A program made the position numbers and the translations under genes. Source: Macrostomum lignano (taxonomy: Eukaryota). From it: a DNA stretch of 64,000 bases. Where the stretch lies: positions 62,001 through 126,000 of the forward strand of contig NIVC01001752.1 of the NCBI GenBank assembly GCA_002269645.1, given 5' to 3'. Each line of letters starts with the position of its first letter. Within the stretch, counting starts at the first letter, position 1. Positions 1 through 13,459 of this stretch are shown piece by piece. Under the pieces are notes generated by a model. The model saw only the letters and a list, made by a program, of their open reading frames with translations, was not told the DNA's origin and did not search any database.

Positions 1-603
1 GACTCCCCTCTGATCACTGGCTGTCTTTTTGTGAGTCAGCCAGAGAGGTAATTGCCGGCTGTTGAGATTGAGAAATCTTCTTGAGAATTGATGACCGAGA
101 TTTCGGGACTCGCAACTTCAGCGCGGAGCTTATCTTGCACCTCAATCTCCGCTTGTTCTCAGTTCCTTCATTTCCTTCACTCTGCAGCCTCAGGTTTTTG
201 TATCCTGTTGCTTTTCCCTGATCCCTTATCTCTAATCTCTAATCTCTAGTCGCTATTATCCTATCTCTAATTTCTAGTCTCTATAAACTCTTATCTCTAA
301 TCGATCTAGTCTCTAATCTCTTATCTCTAATTTACAATTTCTCATATCTAATCTCCCTTCTTTAATCTCTCTTGTCTAATCTTTAATCTCTAGTATCTAA
401 TCTCTCATCTCTGATCTCTGACGATTAGAAAGTCAGAGGCCCGCTGTACACTCTGTGTGAGCGGATTGGGCCGTCAACGATAGGGTTGTGGGACCGATGT
501 CCCCGAAGGCATTGCTTCAGGGTGGCACACACTTCTCAACTCTTTGCACTTTTAATTATCTTTATGAATATATTCTTTTCAAGTAAGTATTTTAGACAAA
601 TTA

Positions 604-839
604 AGATATGCAACCGACAGCTCAGCCGCATCTGAAGGCTGCGTACGGCTGTTCAGTCCAAGGACTGGGGGGGGGTGGGGTCGCCACACAGCCTCAATTA
701 CCCCAGCTAATGCTGGCACCATTTTACAGCTGGGTGAGCTGAAGCAATGCAGAGTTGAGTGTCTCTTGCTCAAGGACACAAATTGTTCCCGAGTGGGTCA
801 AGAATCGAACCCCCGACCTTCAAACTACTACTAGGCTAC
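604..839 (-). mobile_element. tRNA-derived CORE-SINE, family A
   Basis: B-box GGTTCGATTC, CORE-like GTCCTTGAGCAAG...CTTCAG...CAGCTGTAAAATGG, and the 3' part shared with five other copies. Confidence 0.82.
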
Positions 840-1031
840 GACCCTTCGAATTGAAGTTTATTATTATTTCATCAGAAAAAAACACAGAAGCATCTTGGTC
901 GAATACTCAAAGCAGAGTAGTTGCAATCAAATTTTGCAACTAAGCAGTTACTCAGATTTTTTAAAAAGAATCTTTTAGCGCTCCCTAAGCACAGCGGTCA
1001 TCGTGTAGAAGTCAGTCAGTCAGTCACTCAC

Positions 1032-4000
1032 AACGACGTCCCAAACTGAACCCTTGAGCTCCCCGAAACGTAAATTCCTCTTCAAGGGAAATCTTGTGAC
1101 GGAAGTAAATTCTATATTTTGTTCTGTTCCCCAATTTTTTGACTGACAGGGAAGAGTGTTGTGACAGTTTTATCGGCAGAACGCTGCCAGGTCCCTCAGG
1201 ACAGATTCTCGAGATGATTTCGGCGAAAGAGAGGCTGACATTAGAGGCAGACAGAAATGATTGAGTGAACAAGAATTTCCTAAAGATTTTCTCCGTTTTT
1301 TTCTCTGTCAAGTGCGGACTGAGTTGATTTGCCTGCAAACTGATTTGAGCAACTGCTCAGCGAGTGCGCTTACACCATGAAAATTAAGGCCGTAAATCTT
1401 AGCTTTACTCATGTAGGATTCTGCTCATAAACCTATGGATTCTGCTCATTAACCTATGGATTCCGCTAATAAAAATATGGATTCTGCTCATAAACCTATG
1501 GATTCTGCTCATAAACCTATGGATTCTGATCAAAAACCTATAGATTCTGCTCATAAAACATTACACTTGTAAATTCATGGATTTTGTTTAAAATATCAAA
1601 GTTTGATTTTTAACAAATTGTGCTCATGGCACAATCATAGATACTGCTCATAGCATAGTCATAGACACTGCTTATAGCGCAGTCATAGATACTGCTAATA
1701 GCATAGTCATAGACACTGCTCATAGCACAGTCATAGACACTGCTCATAGCACAGTCATAGATACTGCTCATAGCACAGTCATAGATACTGCTCATAGCAC
1801 AGTCATAGATACTGCTCATAGCACAGTCATAGATACTGCTCATAGCATAGTCATAGACACTGCTCATAGCACAGTCATAGACACCGCTCATAGCACAGTC
1901 CTAGACACTGCTCATAGCATAGTCATAGACACTGCTTATAGCGCAGTCATAGATACTGCTCATAGCATAGTCATAGACACTGCTCATAGCGCAGTCATAG
2001 ATACTGCTCATAGCATAGTCATAGACACTGCTCATAGCACAGTCATAGATACTGCTCATAGCGCAGTCATAGATACTGCTCATAGCGCAGTCATAGATAC
2101 TGCTCATAGCGCAGTCATAGATACTGCTCATAGCGCAGTCATAGATACTGCTCATAGCGCAGTCATAGATACTGCTTATAGCAGATCCTGCTCAGAGTTT
2201 TTGGAAAACAATATTTCTAGAATCAAACGAGAGCAATATTCTCCTGTTTGTTACATTGCTTCTCCTGCACACTCCGACACCGAACTCTGATGAAGTTCCG
2301 CATTGATCGCAGACTAGAGGAATCATAGAAAAAAGTGATGAAGTGCAGGAAACTCCCCACGCGATACCCAGACTGTTGAACAGTCGAGTCTGGCTTCAAT
2401 TCCGCATGGCAACACATTTCCATCAAATGAGAAGATAGATATATATTCGACTAGCAGTAGATAGGGAAACTTTTAAATAAAATAAAAAATTCTGGTTAGT
2501 TCTAGTATAGTGAGAATTAGGAATAATCTAGTGAGGGATCTGGTCCAGTGCGCGTGTACTTCTGTACACTTTGGTACGCAAATTTTACGATAGTCATTTC
2601 GTACTGCAATAATTACCGTATAATGTTACCTATGACTGATTGAACTGAGTTTTTATCAATGATTTAAACAAAAAAATGTAACGCTTTTTAAAAATATCTT
2701 TTCTAACCATCACGGGACTGTCTGATGTCTGTCTTTCTATCTTCAGATACTAAAAATTGAGTCCGATACAAATTTGATATCATTTTTCTATCACTTTTTA
2801 CGAAATCGCTTGTTGTTGCTTCGAGTTATGGATGTCAGTAGCTTCAAGTTGGCTGTCTGTAGCTTAAAGTTGGCTGTCTGTAGCTTAAAATTGGCTGTCA
2901 GTAGCCTAAAATTGGCTGTCAGTAGCTTAAAGTTGGCTGTCTGTAGCTTAAGATTGGCTGTCAGTAGCCTAAAATTGGCTGTCAGTAGCTTAAAGTTGGC
3001 TGTCAGTAGCTTAAAGTTGGCTGTCTGTAGCTTAAAGTTGGCTGTCAGTAGCTTAAGATTGGCTGTCAGTAGCCTAAAATTTGCTGTCAGTAGCTTAAAG
3101 TTGGCTGTCTGTAGCTTAAGATTGGCTGTCAGTAGCCTAAAATTGGCTGTCAGTAGCTTAAAGTTGGCTGTCTGTAGCTTAAGATTGGCTGTCAGTAGCC
3201 TAAAATTGGCTGTCAGTAGCTTAAAGTTGGCTGTCTGTAGCTTAAGATTGGCTGTCAGTAGCCTAAAATTGGCTGTCAGTAGCTTAAAGTTGGCTGTCAG
3301 TAGCTTAAAGTTGGCTGTCTGTAGCTTAAAGTTGGCTGTCAGTAGCTTAAAGTTGGCTGTCAGTAGCCTAAAATTGGTTGTCAGTAGCTTAAAGTTGGCT
3401 GTCAGTAGCTTAAAGTTGGCTGTCAGTAGCCTAAAATTGGCTGTCAGTAGCTTAAAGTTGGCTGTCAGTAGCTTAAAGTTGGCTGTCAGTAGCCTAAGAT
3501 TGACTGTCAGTAGCTTAAAGTTGGCTGACCGTAGCTTAAGGTTCGGCTGTCAGTAGTTTAAAGTTGGCTGTCAGTAGCTCTCAACCAGGTGTCAGTAACC
3601 CAAACTTGAGTGTCAAACGGCTCGAGTTGGTTAAAAAGACTTCAAGTACTCAACGTAATCCACTCTTTCACACAATCATCCCCCCATCGCACCTCCTCAT
3701 TGATTTCTCTTTGAAAATTGACATCCTTAAAATGCTCACTGAAGAGAACTCGTTTAAGCGATCACTCTAGCCTAGCAGGTATTTAGCGAGCTTACGGGAG
3801 GCCCCACACCTCGATTCTTGCAGCTCTTCAGAACTTCCTCTTGCCGTTAGCAGCACCCGTCAGCTCCACCAGCTTAAATCACGGTTCCCTGCGGAGCTCT
3901 AAATAGTCTGGGTAGAACTTTTTTTCACTTCGAGTTTTCAGATGAGGTGGTGGGGCGAGAGAGGCGAAACTCTCGCAGAATCATTAGGGAACTCTTTTTA

Positions 4001-7000
4001 GTAGTCGCTTGTCGAACGGGCACTTAATTATTGGAGTAGGGGGAGAGTCGGGAGCTGAGGTCTTCTCAAAGTCTACCGAATCGCACACTCCCTTACCCTG
4101 GAATCTCTGACGGCACAGGCCAAGTCGCGCTGCTAATGAAGGACTCAAGGTTACTTCTCAATTTTCTACTCTGGGGTTCTTTCCTACTCACATCGTGGAG
4201 TCTGAAAATTTAGTCAATATTAGGCGTAGCGAGTGAATTGGGGAGACTTTGCAGCGATTTGGGATAATGTGTGTGTCATGTGTCCCCGCCTCGACCTCCC
4301 GCGGGTTGTCCCCATTGGCACTGCCTGATTACGTAACCAAGCAAATCCAGCGTAAAATAAGAGGGCGGTGGCAAAGAAGAGGCTGGCAGGGCTGACTGAC
4401 TGACTGGTATCCAAGACTTTGCTTTTGCTGAAGAAGACGCTCTGCGCAGACACACGGAGATGGGGTGAGAACAAGTGTCTGTGTTGCAGGGCCTATCAGT
4501 CAATTCCTTTTTTTGGATGCCACACGTCCTCAATAATATTGTTGTCAAAGGAGAATTTCCACCAGAGAAATATAAGAGAATTATGTCTTTTTTCTTAAAT
4601 AGATGGAGCTCCAGATACCCGACCAGATCTTGCATGTCAAGAAGATGAAAGTCTTGCAGGAAACTGGAAATTGTGAGGCGGGGAAACTGCTCAGAAGCAT
4701 GATCTGAAAGTATAATTTGAGCACGAAAAGAATCGAGAGTTTCTGCAGACATCTTTTCGCGTTGGATATCGAGAGCGCAGGTTTTTAATTCGGAGACCGG
4801 AGACTGCGGATCCGTTCTCAGGGACAGTTTTTGAGGCACTAATTGCTCTGGAAAAAAAGCCCGAAACGTCAAAGTTCTTTTCTGCTCCAGGTGGAACTTA
4901 TTTCAGGTCAATTTGAGGTCTTTCTTCAGGGAAATGCTGGCTATCAGTAGCTTCATCGAATGACGCCTTTTCTTAGGATATATTTCGCCTCATCATGCCC
5001 CCATTTCATCTCATCTCATCACATTTTATCTTTTCTCATCACATCTCATCTCATCTCATCTCATCTTGTCTCATCTCATATCATCTCATCTGATCTGATC
5101 TCATCTTGTCTCATCTAATCTCGTCTCGTCTCCCCATGTCTCATCTCATCCTATCTCATCTCATCTCATCTCGTCTCGTCTCATCATGTCTCATCTCATT
5201 CCATCTCATTTCATCTAATCTCATCTTATCTCATCTCATCTCCTCTCATCTCATATCATCTTGTCTCATCTCATCTCATCTTGTCTAATCTCATCTCCTC
5301 TCATCTCATCTCATCTTATCTCATCTCATCTCAATAGCTTCTCTTCTAAGATTGTTTAATCTATTCAATATCGTCTTATCTCGACTGTTCTTTTCTAATC
5401 AAATCTTATCACATCTACCGTTATCTCTAAGAAGATCAACTAATCTCTACATTTTTATTATTGATCTAATCTCAAACTAAATCTGATCTCCTTCCACTTG
5501 CAGGTCTACCGGCCGCTCTACATGATGGACTGTCGAGGCGGTGCAGGCGGCGGCGGTCCCCCAGACTGCCTGGCAATGCAGGAGCACTTCGCCCCGATCA
5601 ACCGCAGCAACCACACCTTCGGCAGAGCTGTGCCCGGGTCGCCAAGGGTAAGCGAGGAACCACCTGCTTGCTTGGAGTTGGTGATGGCATTGAATGCAAA
5701 CATCTGCTGCTGCCATTGGGATATAATTCACAATTATCCCTACGCAGAATAGGATATTTATCCTTTCTCTCCTATCGCTGTGCTGACTCTGTTCAGCAGA
5801 TGTGATGAAAAAAAAGAAATTAGGGACTGTTATGGACCAGTGTTATTCTGACCATATGATGGAGTTATTTTTTCTAATTTTACAAAGAAAATTCACTTTT
5901 CTGACTTTTGAATTTTGGATTCGATTTTTTGTCTGCTTTCTGTGGGCGTCTGTCTGTCTAAAAATATTAATAGTCAATGTCTTCTAGACTTAAATTACAT
6001 GTAAGGTCATTTTATATCTTTCTTGGCGTCTCTAGATATTCAGTAGATATCTGTAGATATTCAGTAGTTATTTCTAGACATTCAATAGATTTCTCTAGAT
6101 ATCCAGTAGAGTTCTCTAGATAATCACTAGATTTCTCTAGATATTCACTAAGTTTCTCTAGATATTCACTAGATATTGAACATATATTGAATAGATTTCT
6201 CTAGATATTCATGAGATATCTCTAGATATACAATATGTTTCTCTAGATTTTGACTAAATTTCTGTAGATATTCACTAGATTTCTCTGGATATTCACTATA
6301 ATTCTCTAGATATTCACGAGATAGCTCTAGATATTCACTAGATTTCTCTAGATATTCATGAGATATCTCTAGATATACAATATATTTCTCTAGATTTTGA
6401 CTAAATTTCTGTAGATATTCACTAGATTTCTCTGGATATTCACTATAATTCTCTAGATATTCACGAGATAGCTCTAGATATTCACTAGATTTCTCTAGAT
6501 ATTCACTAGATTTCTCTAGATATTCACTAGATTTCTCTAGATATTCACTAGATTTCTCTAGATATTCACTAGATTTCTCTAGATATTCACTAGATTTCTC
6601 TAGATATTCACTAGATTTTTCTAAACATCCACGAGATTTCTAAAGATTTCTACTAGATCTTTCTAGATGTCCACCAGATGTCTCTTTTTTTTACACTAGA
6701 TCTCTAGATCTTCAGACATCTATGTACATGTTTGAGATGTCTCAAATTAATTCACTAGAGAAGTTTTTTCCGTATTTCCCTAAATAGACAGATAATCCAG
6801 ACGATCGCTGATGCCACAACCAACAGAAGCACTATATATAAAATCATTTCATCATATTTCTGATTTCTACCCAGTCATAAAATATCACACACACACACTG
6901 CGCCACCAACTATGCAAAGGAAGTCAGGCATATTGGGGGTGGATTTAATCCTAACTAAACTGACCCAACTGACCCAATAAATATGATTGACAACTGGTCG

Positions 7001-8072
7001 TTCCATAGGAAGAGAGAGGAGACAGAGGGGCTGCCGCTACGCACACACTGCCAGCTAGTGGTGGACAAAGCGTTGCTATTTAATAGCCTTTGAACTGAGA
7101 TCGACCCTGGCGGCCAACGTGAGCCCACGTGACACAATTTTTTACTTTTTCATCTCTCGCCCTCTGCAACATTGATTTCGCCACTTCAGTCATCAGAGTC
7201 TAATAATTGCGCTAGACATTTTTTCTACTTCTCAACTGGGTCTTTAAATTTCTGCTAACCCCCGACTTATTATCAATTAATAATAAAAATTGATTACACC
7301 TGCCCCAATTGGGCCCCAGATGTGCAACCGACAGCTCAGCCGCAGCTATTAATACCCTCAATTGCCGCAGCCAATGCTGGCACCCATTTTACAGCTGGGT
7401 GAACTGGAGCGGGATCGGGAATCGAACCCCCAACCTTCAAGTCGTGAGTCCGACGCTCTAATCACTAGGCCTGTAAACATCACAGAGGTCTAGGTTTGGG
7501 CCCAGCAGTCACAGATCTCCCTGTGTTTGAGAGCGTTGACTAGAGGACCTTACTTTTAGTGACTGACTATTGCCAACCTCGGACTTCGGACATTTGTTAG
7601 TCAGAAAAAACATAAAGAGGGACTTTAGGAACAATTTTTAGGGGAAATTTTCAAGACTGCAAAGTTTGTACAATATGACACTTTGCAGCGAGGGACAAAC
7701 AAACCTGTTTTTTTTCTAGCCTATAAATCGTTTCTATTAAAGTCAACTCAATGTTTCTGGGGCCATACTTTGTCAGAGCTTGGCAAACATCAGTGTTTGC
7801 GAGGGCAGGGAAAGTATAGAACTCTTTCCTACATAGTGTGACAGAGGCCATATAATATCCCTTAAGTTATACTCCCCCAAATCTCCCCTTCCTACAGCCC
7901 GTGTTTGCAAGTTTGCTCACCCATACAGCGGGGTCTGGGCTGGGGGGGGGCTGGAAGTTTGAGAAGGTAAAACATTAAAGCGACTCGGTTAAGTTCCGTC
8001 AGTGAGACAAGCCGCATAATGTGTGCTCAAATATCTGAGCACAGACAGACACAGCTCGGGGGTTCGGACACT

Positions 8073-8125
<53 letters not shown>

Positions 8126-10845
8126 CGATTTTTACCGTCTCAGCCGTGTCCTGAGAAAACTTTCAATTTGTTTCTGCACAAAAAAGTTTTCCGGCTTTGG
8201 CCAAAACTGTTTCTAGGAAACACTACACTTGCACGTAGAAATTACCTTTTGGATAGCGATCTCTGATCTACCTGTTTGGCTGTCTACTGTCTACTGTCTG
8301 ACTTGTCTGGCTGTCTACTGTCTATCGTCTACTATCTACTGTCTACTGTTTACTGTCTACTTGTCTACTGTCTATTGTCCACTGTCTACTGTCCACTATC
8401 TACTATCTACTGTCTACTGTCTACTGTCCACTATCTACTATCTACTGTCTACTGTCTACTGTCCACTATCTACTGTCTACTGTCTATCGTCTACTATCTA
8501 CTGTCTACTGTCTATCGTCTACTATCTACTGTCTACTGTTTACTGTCTACTGTCTACTGTCTATTGTCCACTGTCTACTGTCTACTATCTACTATCTACT
8601 GTCTACTGTCTACTGTCCACTATCTACTATCTACTGTCTACTTGTCTATTTGTCGACTTTCTACTTGTCTACTGTCTACTATCTACTGTCTAATATCTAC
8701 CTTCTACTCTCTACTTCTCTCTGTTCTACTAATTATTTACGCTCTACCATCCTTTCTTCCCAACTCTAATTCTCATTTCTAAGAATTCTTCGAAGTAAAA
8801 CCCAAAATCTGTTCGCTGCATCTGCAGAAGCAACAGCAGGCAGAAATTTTGCTACAAATGCGCCCCAAATTGACTCTCAAGGGAATCCGAACAAGGAATC
8901 TGCGCGATTGCGTAACACCCCATCGTCCATCCGGTTAGCAGTAGATAAATTAAAAAATATCTAACCTGCTGAATGACCCGAGAAAGATTTCTTAGCCTGT
9001 TATCGCTCTTTGCTGCTTTTCAATTGCTTGTGAATCAATCAGCAAGTTGCTTTTAGTGCCTCGGAAGGCAGATAAGGTGATAATTTCTGCTTTTTTGATG
9101 TAAAGAGGCCACAGTTCCTGTGCAACTTTCAGCTAGCTGAAGTGAAACAAATTAAAATGTTAAGGGATACATAATGCTTCCCGATTCGCTCCTGAGTGCT
9201 TCCTGATTCACTCCTGAGTGCTTCCTGATTCACTCCTGAGTGCTTTTTGATTCACACCTTAGTGCTTCCTGATTCACCCCTGAGTGCTTCCTGATTCACT
9301 CCTGAGTGCTTTCTGATTCACTCCTGAGTGCTTCCTGATTCACTCCTGAGTGCTTCCTGATTCACTCCTGAGTGCTTTCTGATTCACTACTGAGTGCCAC
9401 TGATTCACTCCTGGGTGCCTCTGATTCACTCCTGATGAGTGCCTCTGATTCACTCCTGATGAGTGCCTCTGATTCACTACTGAGTGCTTCCTGATTCACT
9501 CCTGAGTGCTTCCTGATTCATTCCTGAGTGCTTTCTGATTCACTCCTGAGTGCTTCCTGATTCACTCCTGAGTGCTTCCTGATTCACTCCTGAGTGCTTT
9601 CTGATTCACTACTGAGTGCCACTGATTCACTCCTGGGTGCCTCTGATTCACTCCTGATGAGTGCCTCTGATTCACTCCTGATGAGTGCCTCTGATTCACT
9701 ACTGAGTGCTTCCTGATTCACTCCTGAGTGCTTCCTGATTCACTCCTGAGTGCTTTCTGATTCACTCCTGAGTGCTTCCTGATTCACTCCTGAGTGCTTC
9801 CTGATTCACTCCTGAGTGCTTTCTGATTCACTACTGAGTGCCACTGATTCACTCCTGGGTGCCTCTGATTCACTCCTGATGAGTGCCACTGATTCACTCC
9901 TGATGAGTGCCTCTGATTCACTCCTGATGAGTGCCACTGATTCACTCCTGATGAGTGCCACTGATTCACTCCTGATGAGTGCCACTGATTCACTCCTGAT
10001 GAGTGCCACTGATTCACTCCTGATGAGTGCCTCTGATTCACTCCTGATGAGTGCCTCTGATTCACTCCTGATGAGTGCCTCTGATTCACTCCTGTTGAGT
10101 GCCACTGATTCACTCCTGATGAGTGCCTCTGATTCACTCCTGATGAGTGCCTCTGATTCACTCCTGATGAGTGCCTCTGATTCACTCCTGATGAGTGCCA
10201 CTGATTCACTCCTGATGAGTGCCACTGATTCACTCCTGATGAGTGCCACTGATTCACTCCTGATGAGTGCCACTGATTCACTCCTGATGAGTGCCTCTGA
10301 TTCACTCCCGTCACCTCTCTAGAGCTTAGAGAATACCACTACATTAACAAACTCTTTTTTAACATCATATATGACCTAACAGAAATTTTCATAGTTCAAG
10401 GTAAACAACTATACGAAGTTAATAGGTTAACAAGTTTGTGGAACAAGCATGGTGCCTGACTGATTTATATTACCTCATTCCGTGATCTCCGCAATGGGGA
10501 GTGGGCAACTGCAGTCACCTCTGTTTGCCAAACAGGGGTATCTGTATCTGCAGGGGCCTGCTGTCCCAGCTGCGTGGTGATAAATGAACGCAGGGTATTC
10601 TGGTCTGTTTGCGGCTTCAAGGTACGAATGGTAGGAACAAGCTGGTTGGACCGCTGCATCACTGAACATATCCTGACAATCCTGCATTGACAGCCTGTAG
10701 GCAGAGCCAGGGAACTGTTTAGAACCTCATCTATAAATTCCCCAAAATATGAACTGGAAGCTGAATTTATGGAAAGGTCAGTTTGAAATTTCAGCGGGAG
10801 ATGGTGCACTTGCAGACTGAATGAAGTGACACGAAATTGACGTGA
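1032..10845 (-). CDS. Putative multi-exon gene of unknown product
   Basis: Candidate exons about 10474-10845, 7705-7860, 4405-4881 and 1032-1332. Each has an AG acceptor and a GT donor (GTAATA, GTTTGT, GTCAGT, GTGAGT), is stop-free (124, 52, 159 and 100 codons) and chains in phase 0. I recognise no homology and could not resolve the start or end. Confidence 0.42.
1423..1555. repeat. 21-bp tandem repeat TATGGATTCTGCTCATAAACC
   Basis: About 6 copies, visible directly. Confidence 0.85.
1620..2182. repeat. 24-bp minisatellite CATAGATACTGCTCATAGCACAGT
   Basis: About 23 copies; source of the MSSIYDCA pseudo-ORFs. Confidence 0.95.
2833..3600. repeat. 21-bp minisatellite GTCAGTAGCTTAAAGTTGGCT
   Basis: About 35 copies; source of the SSLKLAV pseudo-ORF. 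Confidence 0.95.
5005..5335. repeat. (TCTCA)n degenerate microsatellite
   Basis: Visible directly. Confidence 0.9.
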
Positions 10846-12896
10846 CTGCATAGGTATTGAATCGGTGTCAGTGGATGCCAGTCTGGGGGTGTCAGGGGTG
10901 CCAGTTTGGGTTTCAGGGGTGCCAGTTTGGGTGTCAGGGGTGCCAGTTTAGGTGTCAGGGGTGCCAGTTTCGGTGTCAGATGTGCCAGTTTGGGTGTCAG
11001 TAGATGCCAGTCTGGGGGTGTCAGGGGATGCCAGTTTGGGTGTCAGGGGTGCCAGTTTGGGTGTCAGGGGTGCCAGTTTCGGTGTCAGATGTGCCAGTTT
11101 GGGTGTCAGTAGATGCCAGTTTGGGTGTCAGGGGATGCCAGTTTGGGTGTCAGTAGATGCCAGTCTGGGGGTGTCAGGGCTGCCAGTTTGGGTGTCAGTA
11201 GATGCCAGTCTGGGGGTGTCAGTGGATGCCAGTTTGGGTGTCAGTAGATGCCAGTCTGGGGGTGTCAGGGATGCCAGTCTGGGTGTCAGGGTTTACCAGT
11301 TTGGGTATCAGTGGATGCCAGTTTGGGTGTCAGTAGATGCCAGTTTGGGTGTCATTAGATGCCAGTTTGGGTGTCAGTAGATGCCAGTTTGGGTGTCAGT
11401 AGATGCCAGTTTGGGTGTCAGTAGATGCCAGTTTGGGTGTCAGGGGTGCCAGTTTGGGTGTCAGTAGATGCCAGTCTGGGGGTGTCAGGGGATGCCAGTT
11501 TGGGTGTCAGGGGATGCCAGTTTGGGTGTCAGTAGATGCCAGTTTGGGTGTCAGTAGATGCCAGTTTGGGTGTCAGTAGATGCCAGTTTGGGTGTCGGAG
11601 GTTTCCAGTTTAAGTTTATTATGATCAAGCCGCAGATTTTATCCCTCAGCTACAATGTTGTGGCATCCGCTTATTTATGAAATCCAGCTACAGCTAAAGA
11701 GATTAAAATTCAAAAAATAGCCGAGGTAGAAGCTTACCAGTTTATCCTGCTACCGGCATAACAACGGATAGAAGGTCAACTAAGAATTTATTGTTGTCAG
11801 GCACACACATCATTTGCAACTTGCTTTACCAACCTTAATTTTTTGTGTCAGTCAAGCTACTGATGAAGATGAGACCTTGGGGAGGCTGAGCATGAAGTTT
11901 AACATTATTTGAGTTCAAAGAACGGCAACTTTGATAATCAGTGGAGTTGAGTATAGTGCAGTGTTTACCTGATAACTCTCTAGAGCTGTCCTAGGACTCT
12001 CTAGATCTTCCTAGATAACTATAGATCTCACTATATCTCGTTAGTTATTTAGTTCTCTCTAGAACTCTCTAGAACTCTCTAGAACTCTCTATATCTCCCA
12101 AGAACTCTCTAGAACTCTCTAGAACTCTCTATATCTCCCTAGAACTCTCTAGAACTCTCTAGAACTCTCTATATCTCTCTAGAACTCTCTAGAACTCTCT
12201 AGAACTCTCTATATCTCTCTAGAACTCTCTAGAACTCTCTAGAACTCTCTAGAACTCTCTAGAACTCTCTAGAACTCTCTAAAACTCTCTAGAACTCTCT
12301 AGAACTGTCTATATCTCTCTAGAACTCTCTAAAACCCTCTAAAACTCTCTAGAACTCTCTAGAACTCTCTAGAACTCTCTAGAACTCTCTAGAACTCTCT
12401 AAAACTCTCTAGAACTCTCTAGAACTGTCTATATCTCTCTAGAACTCTCTAAAACCCTCTAAAACTCTCTAGAACTCTCTAGAACTCTCTAGAACTCTCT
12501 AGAACTCTCTAAAACTCTCTAGAACTCTCTAGAACTGTCTATATCTCTCTAGAACTCTCTAAAACCCTCTAAAACTCTCTAGAACTCTCCAGAACCCTCT
12601 AGAACTCTCTAGATCACTTTAAGAACTATTTAGATCTCTCTAGAACTCTCTCAGAGCTCTCTAGATCTCTCTCAGAGCTCTCTAGATCATACAAGACTCT
12701 CCAGATCTCTCGACTTTATAGATCTGTCGAGAACTTCTTCTTTGGCTATCCTGAAGTTTCTCGATCTTAAACACGAATATCTGCCGCCTTCATAAATGCT
12801 TATTGTAATTTTAATAATCACCATTCCTTCTCTTCCACTACAGCCTCCGCCAGCAATGCTCTCTTGCTCAGGCGGCCTGGCTCCAGTCTCTCAGAG

Positions 12897-12932
<36 letters not shown>

Positions 12933-13173
12933 GCCGCCTCATCAGCCTCATCACGAGCGTCGCAACTCCGAAGACGCCAGCGTGGACGACTCTGGACGAG
13001 GCGGTTCCGTTGAGGACATCAAACCAGGCGTAGGCGGAGTCCTTGGCACCTTCGTGTCGCCAGCTTCAGCCAGCAGCGGCAGCGGCGCCACAATCAGGAG
13101 GGGCCAGCAGCACCAGCACGCCAGCACCCTCCTGGTCAGACCGGATCCCAGCGCCTCAGGCACCATGATCTGA
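5504..13173 (+). CDS. 3' part of an unidentified spliced gene (internal exon plus terminal exon)
   Basis: Exon 5504-5647 (CCACTTGCAG acceptor, GTAAGC donor, 48 codons, VYRPLYMMDC...PGSPR) and terminal exon 12844-13173 (CCACTACAG acceptor, PPPAMLSC-polyQ-SEDASVDDSGRGGS...TMI*). Both are GC-rich and join in phase 0. Confidence 0.6.
6030..6715. repeat. 21-bp minisatellite CTAGATATTCACTAGATTTCT
   Basis: Homogeneous core at 6470-6620, with degenerate flanks. Confidence 0.92.
7295..7470 (-). mobile_element. CORE-SINE family A, internally deleted copy
   Basis: A/B boxes (CCTAGTGATTAGAGCG, GGTTCGATTCC), partial CORE and the shared tail GCTGAGCTGTCGGTTGCACATCTG. Confidence 0.8.
8074..8122. repeat. 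(CT)n microsatellite
   Basis: Visible directly. Confidence 0.95.
8270..8720. repeat. 7-bp repeat CTACT(G/A)T
   Basis: Visible directly. Confidence 0.92.
9175..10308. repeat. 22/24-bp minisatellite TGATTCACTCCTGA(T)GAGTGC.. with a 222-bp higher-order period
   Basis: The unit changes from 22 to 24 bp. The GATTCACTAC variant recurs in the same context at 9381, 9603 and 9825. Confidence 0.95.
10865..11598. repeat. 22-bp minisatellite GTCAGTAGATGCCAGTTTGGGT
   Basis: Visible directly, with variant units. Confidence 0.93.
11990..12710. repeat. 10-bp repeat AGAACTCTCT
   Basis: Visible directly. Confidence 0.93.
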
Positions 13174-13459
13174 TCTGGAACCGTCGCCAATGACCTTCCT
13201 TGTCCCCTCCTTGTACTGGCTTTCACGCAGCTAGACAATATCATAGATAGATAGAGACTTAGAGTACGTTTTCTGGCTTTTAATTTAGCTTGCAATAGTA
13301 ATTGATGAGCACTGCTTTGAAATGAGTAATGCTTTCCGTGTTTTCGTGTTGATTTAGAATTGCTTTTTTGTGTGTCCGTGTGCACTTATTCTTGCCATGG
13401 ATTGTTGTTCATCCTGTTGTGCGTACTTTGCCTCTCTGCTCGCATCTAGTCTTCTGTCA

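Noticed and set aside
12-220. Possible terminal exon of the putative minus-strand gene
   Set aside because: I found no acceptor that joins it in phase to the 1032 donor without creating a stop.
12844-13173. Assignment of the plus-strand gene as a protocadherin from DSGRGGS and TFGR
   Set aside because: The motifs are too short, the conserved CM2 (GHSD.CW) is absent, and no cadherin exons are in the window.
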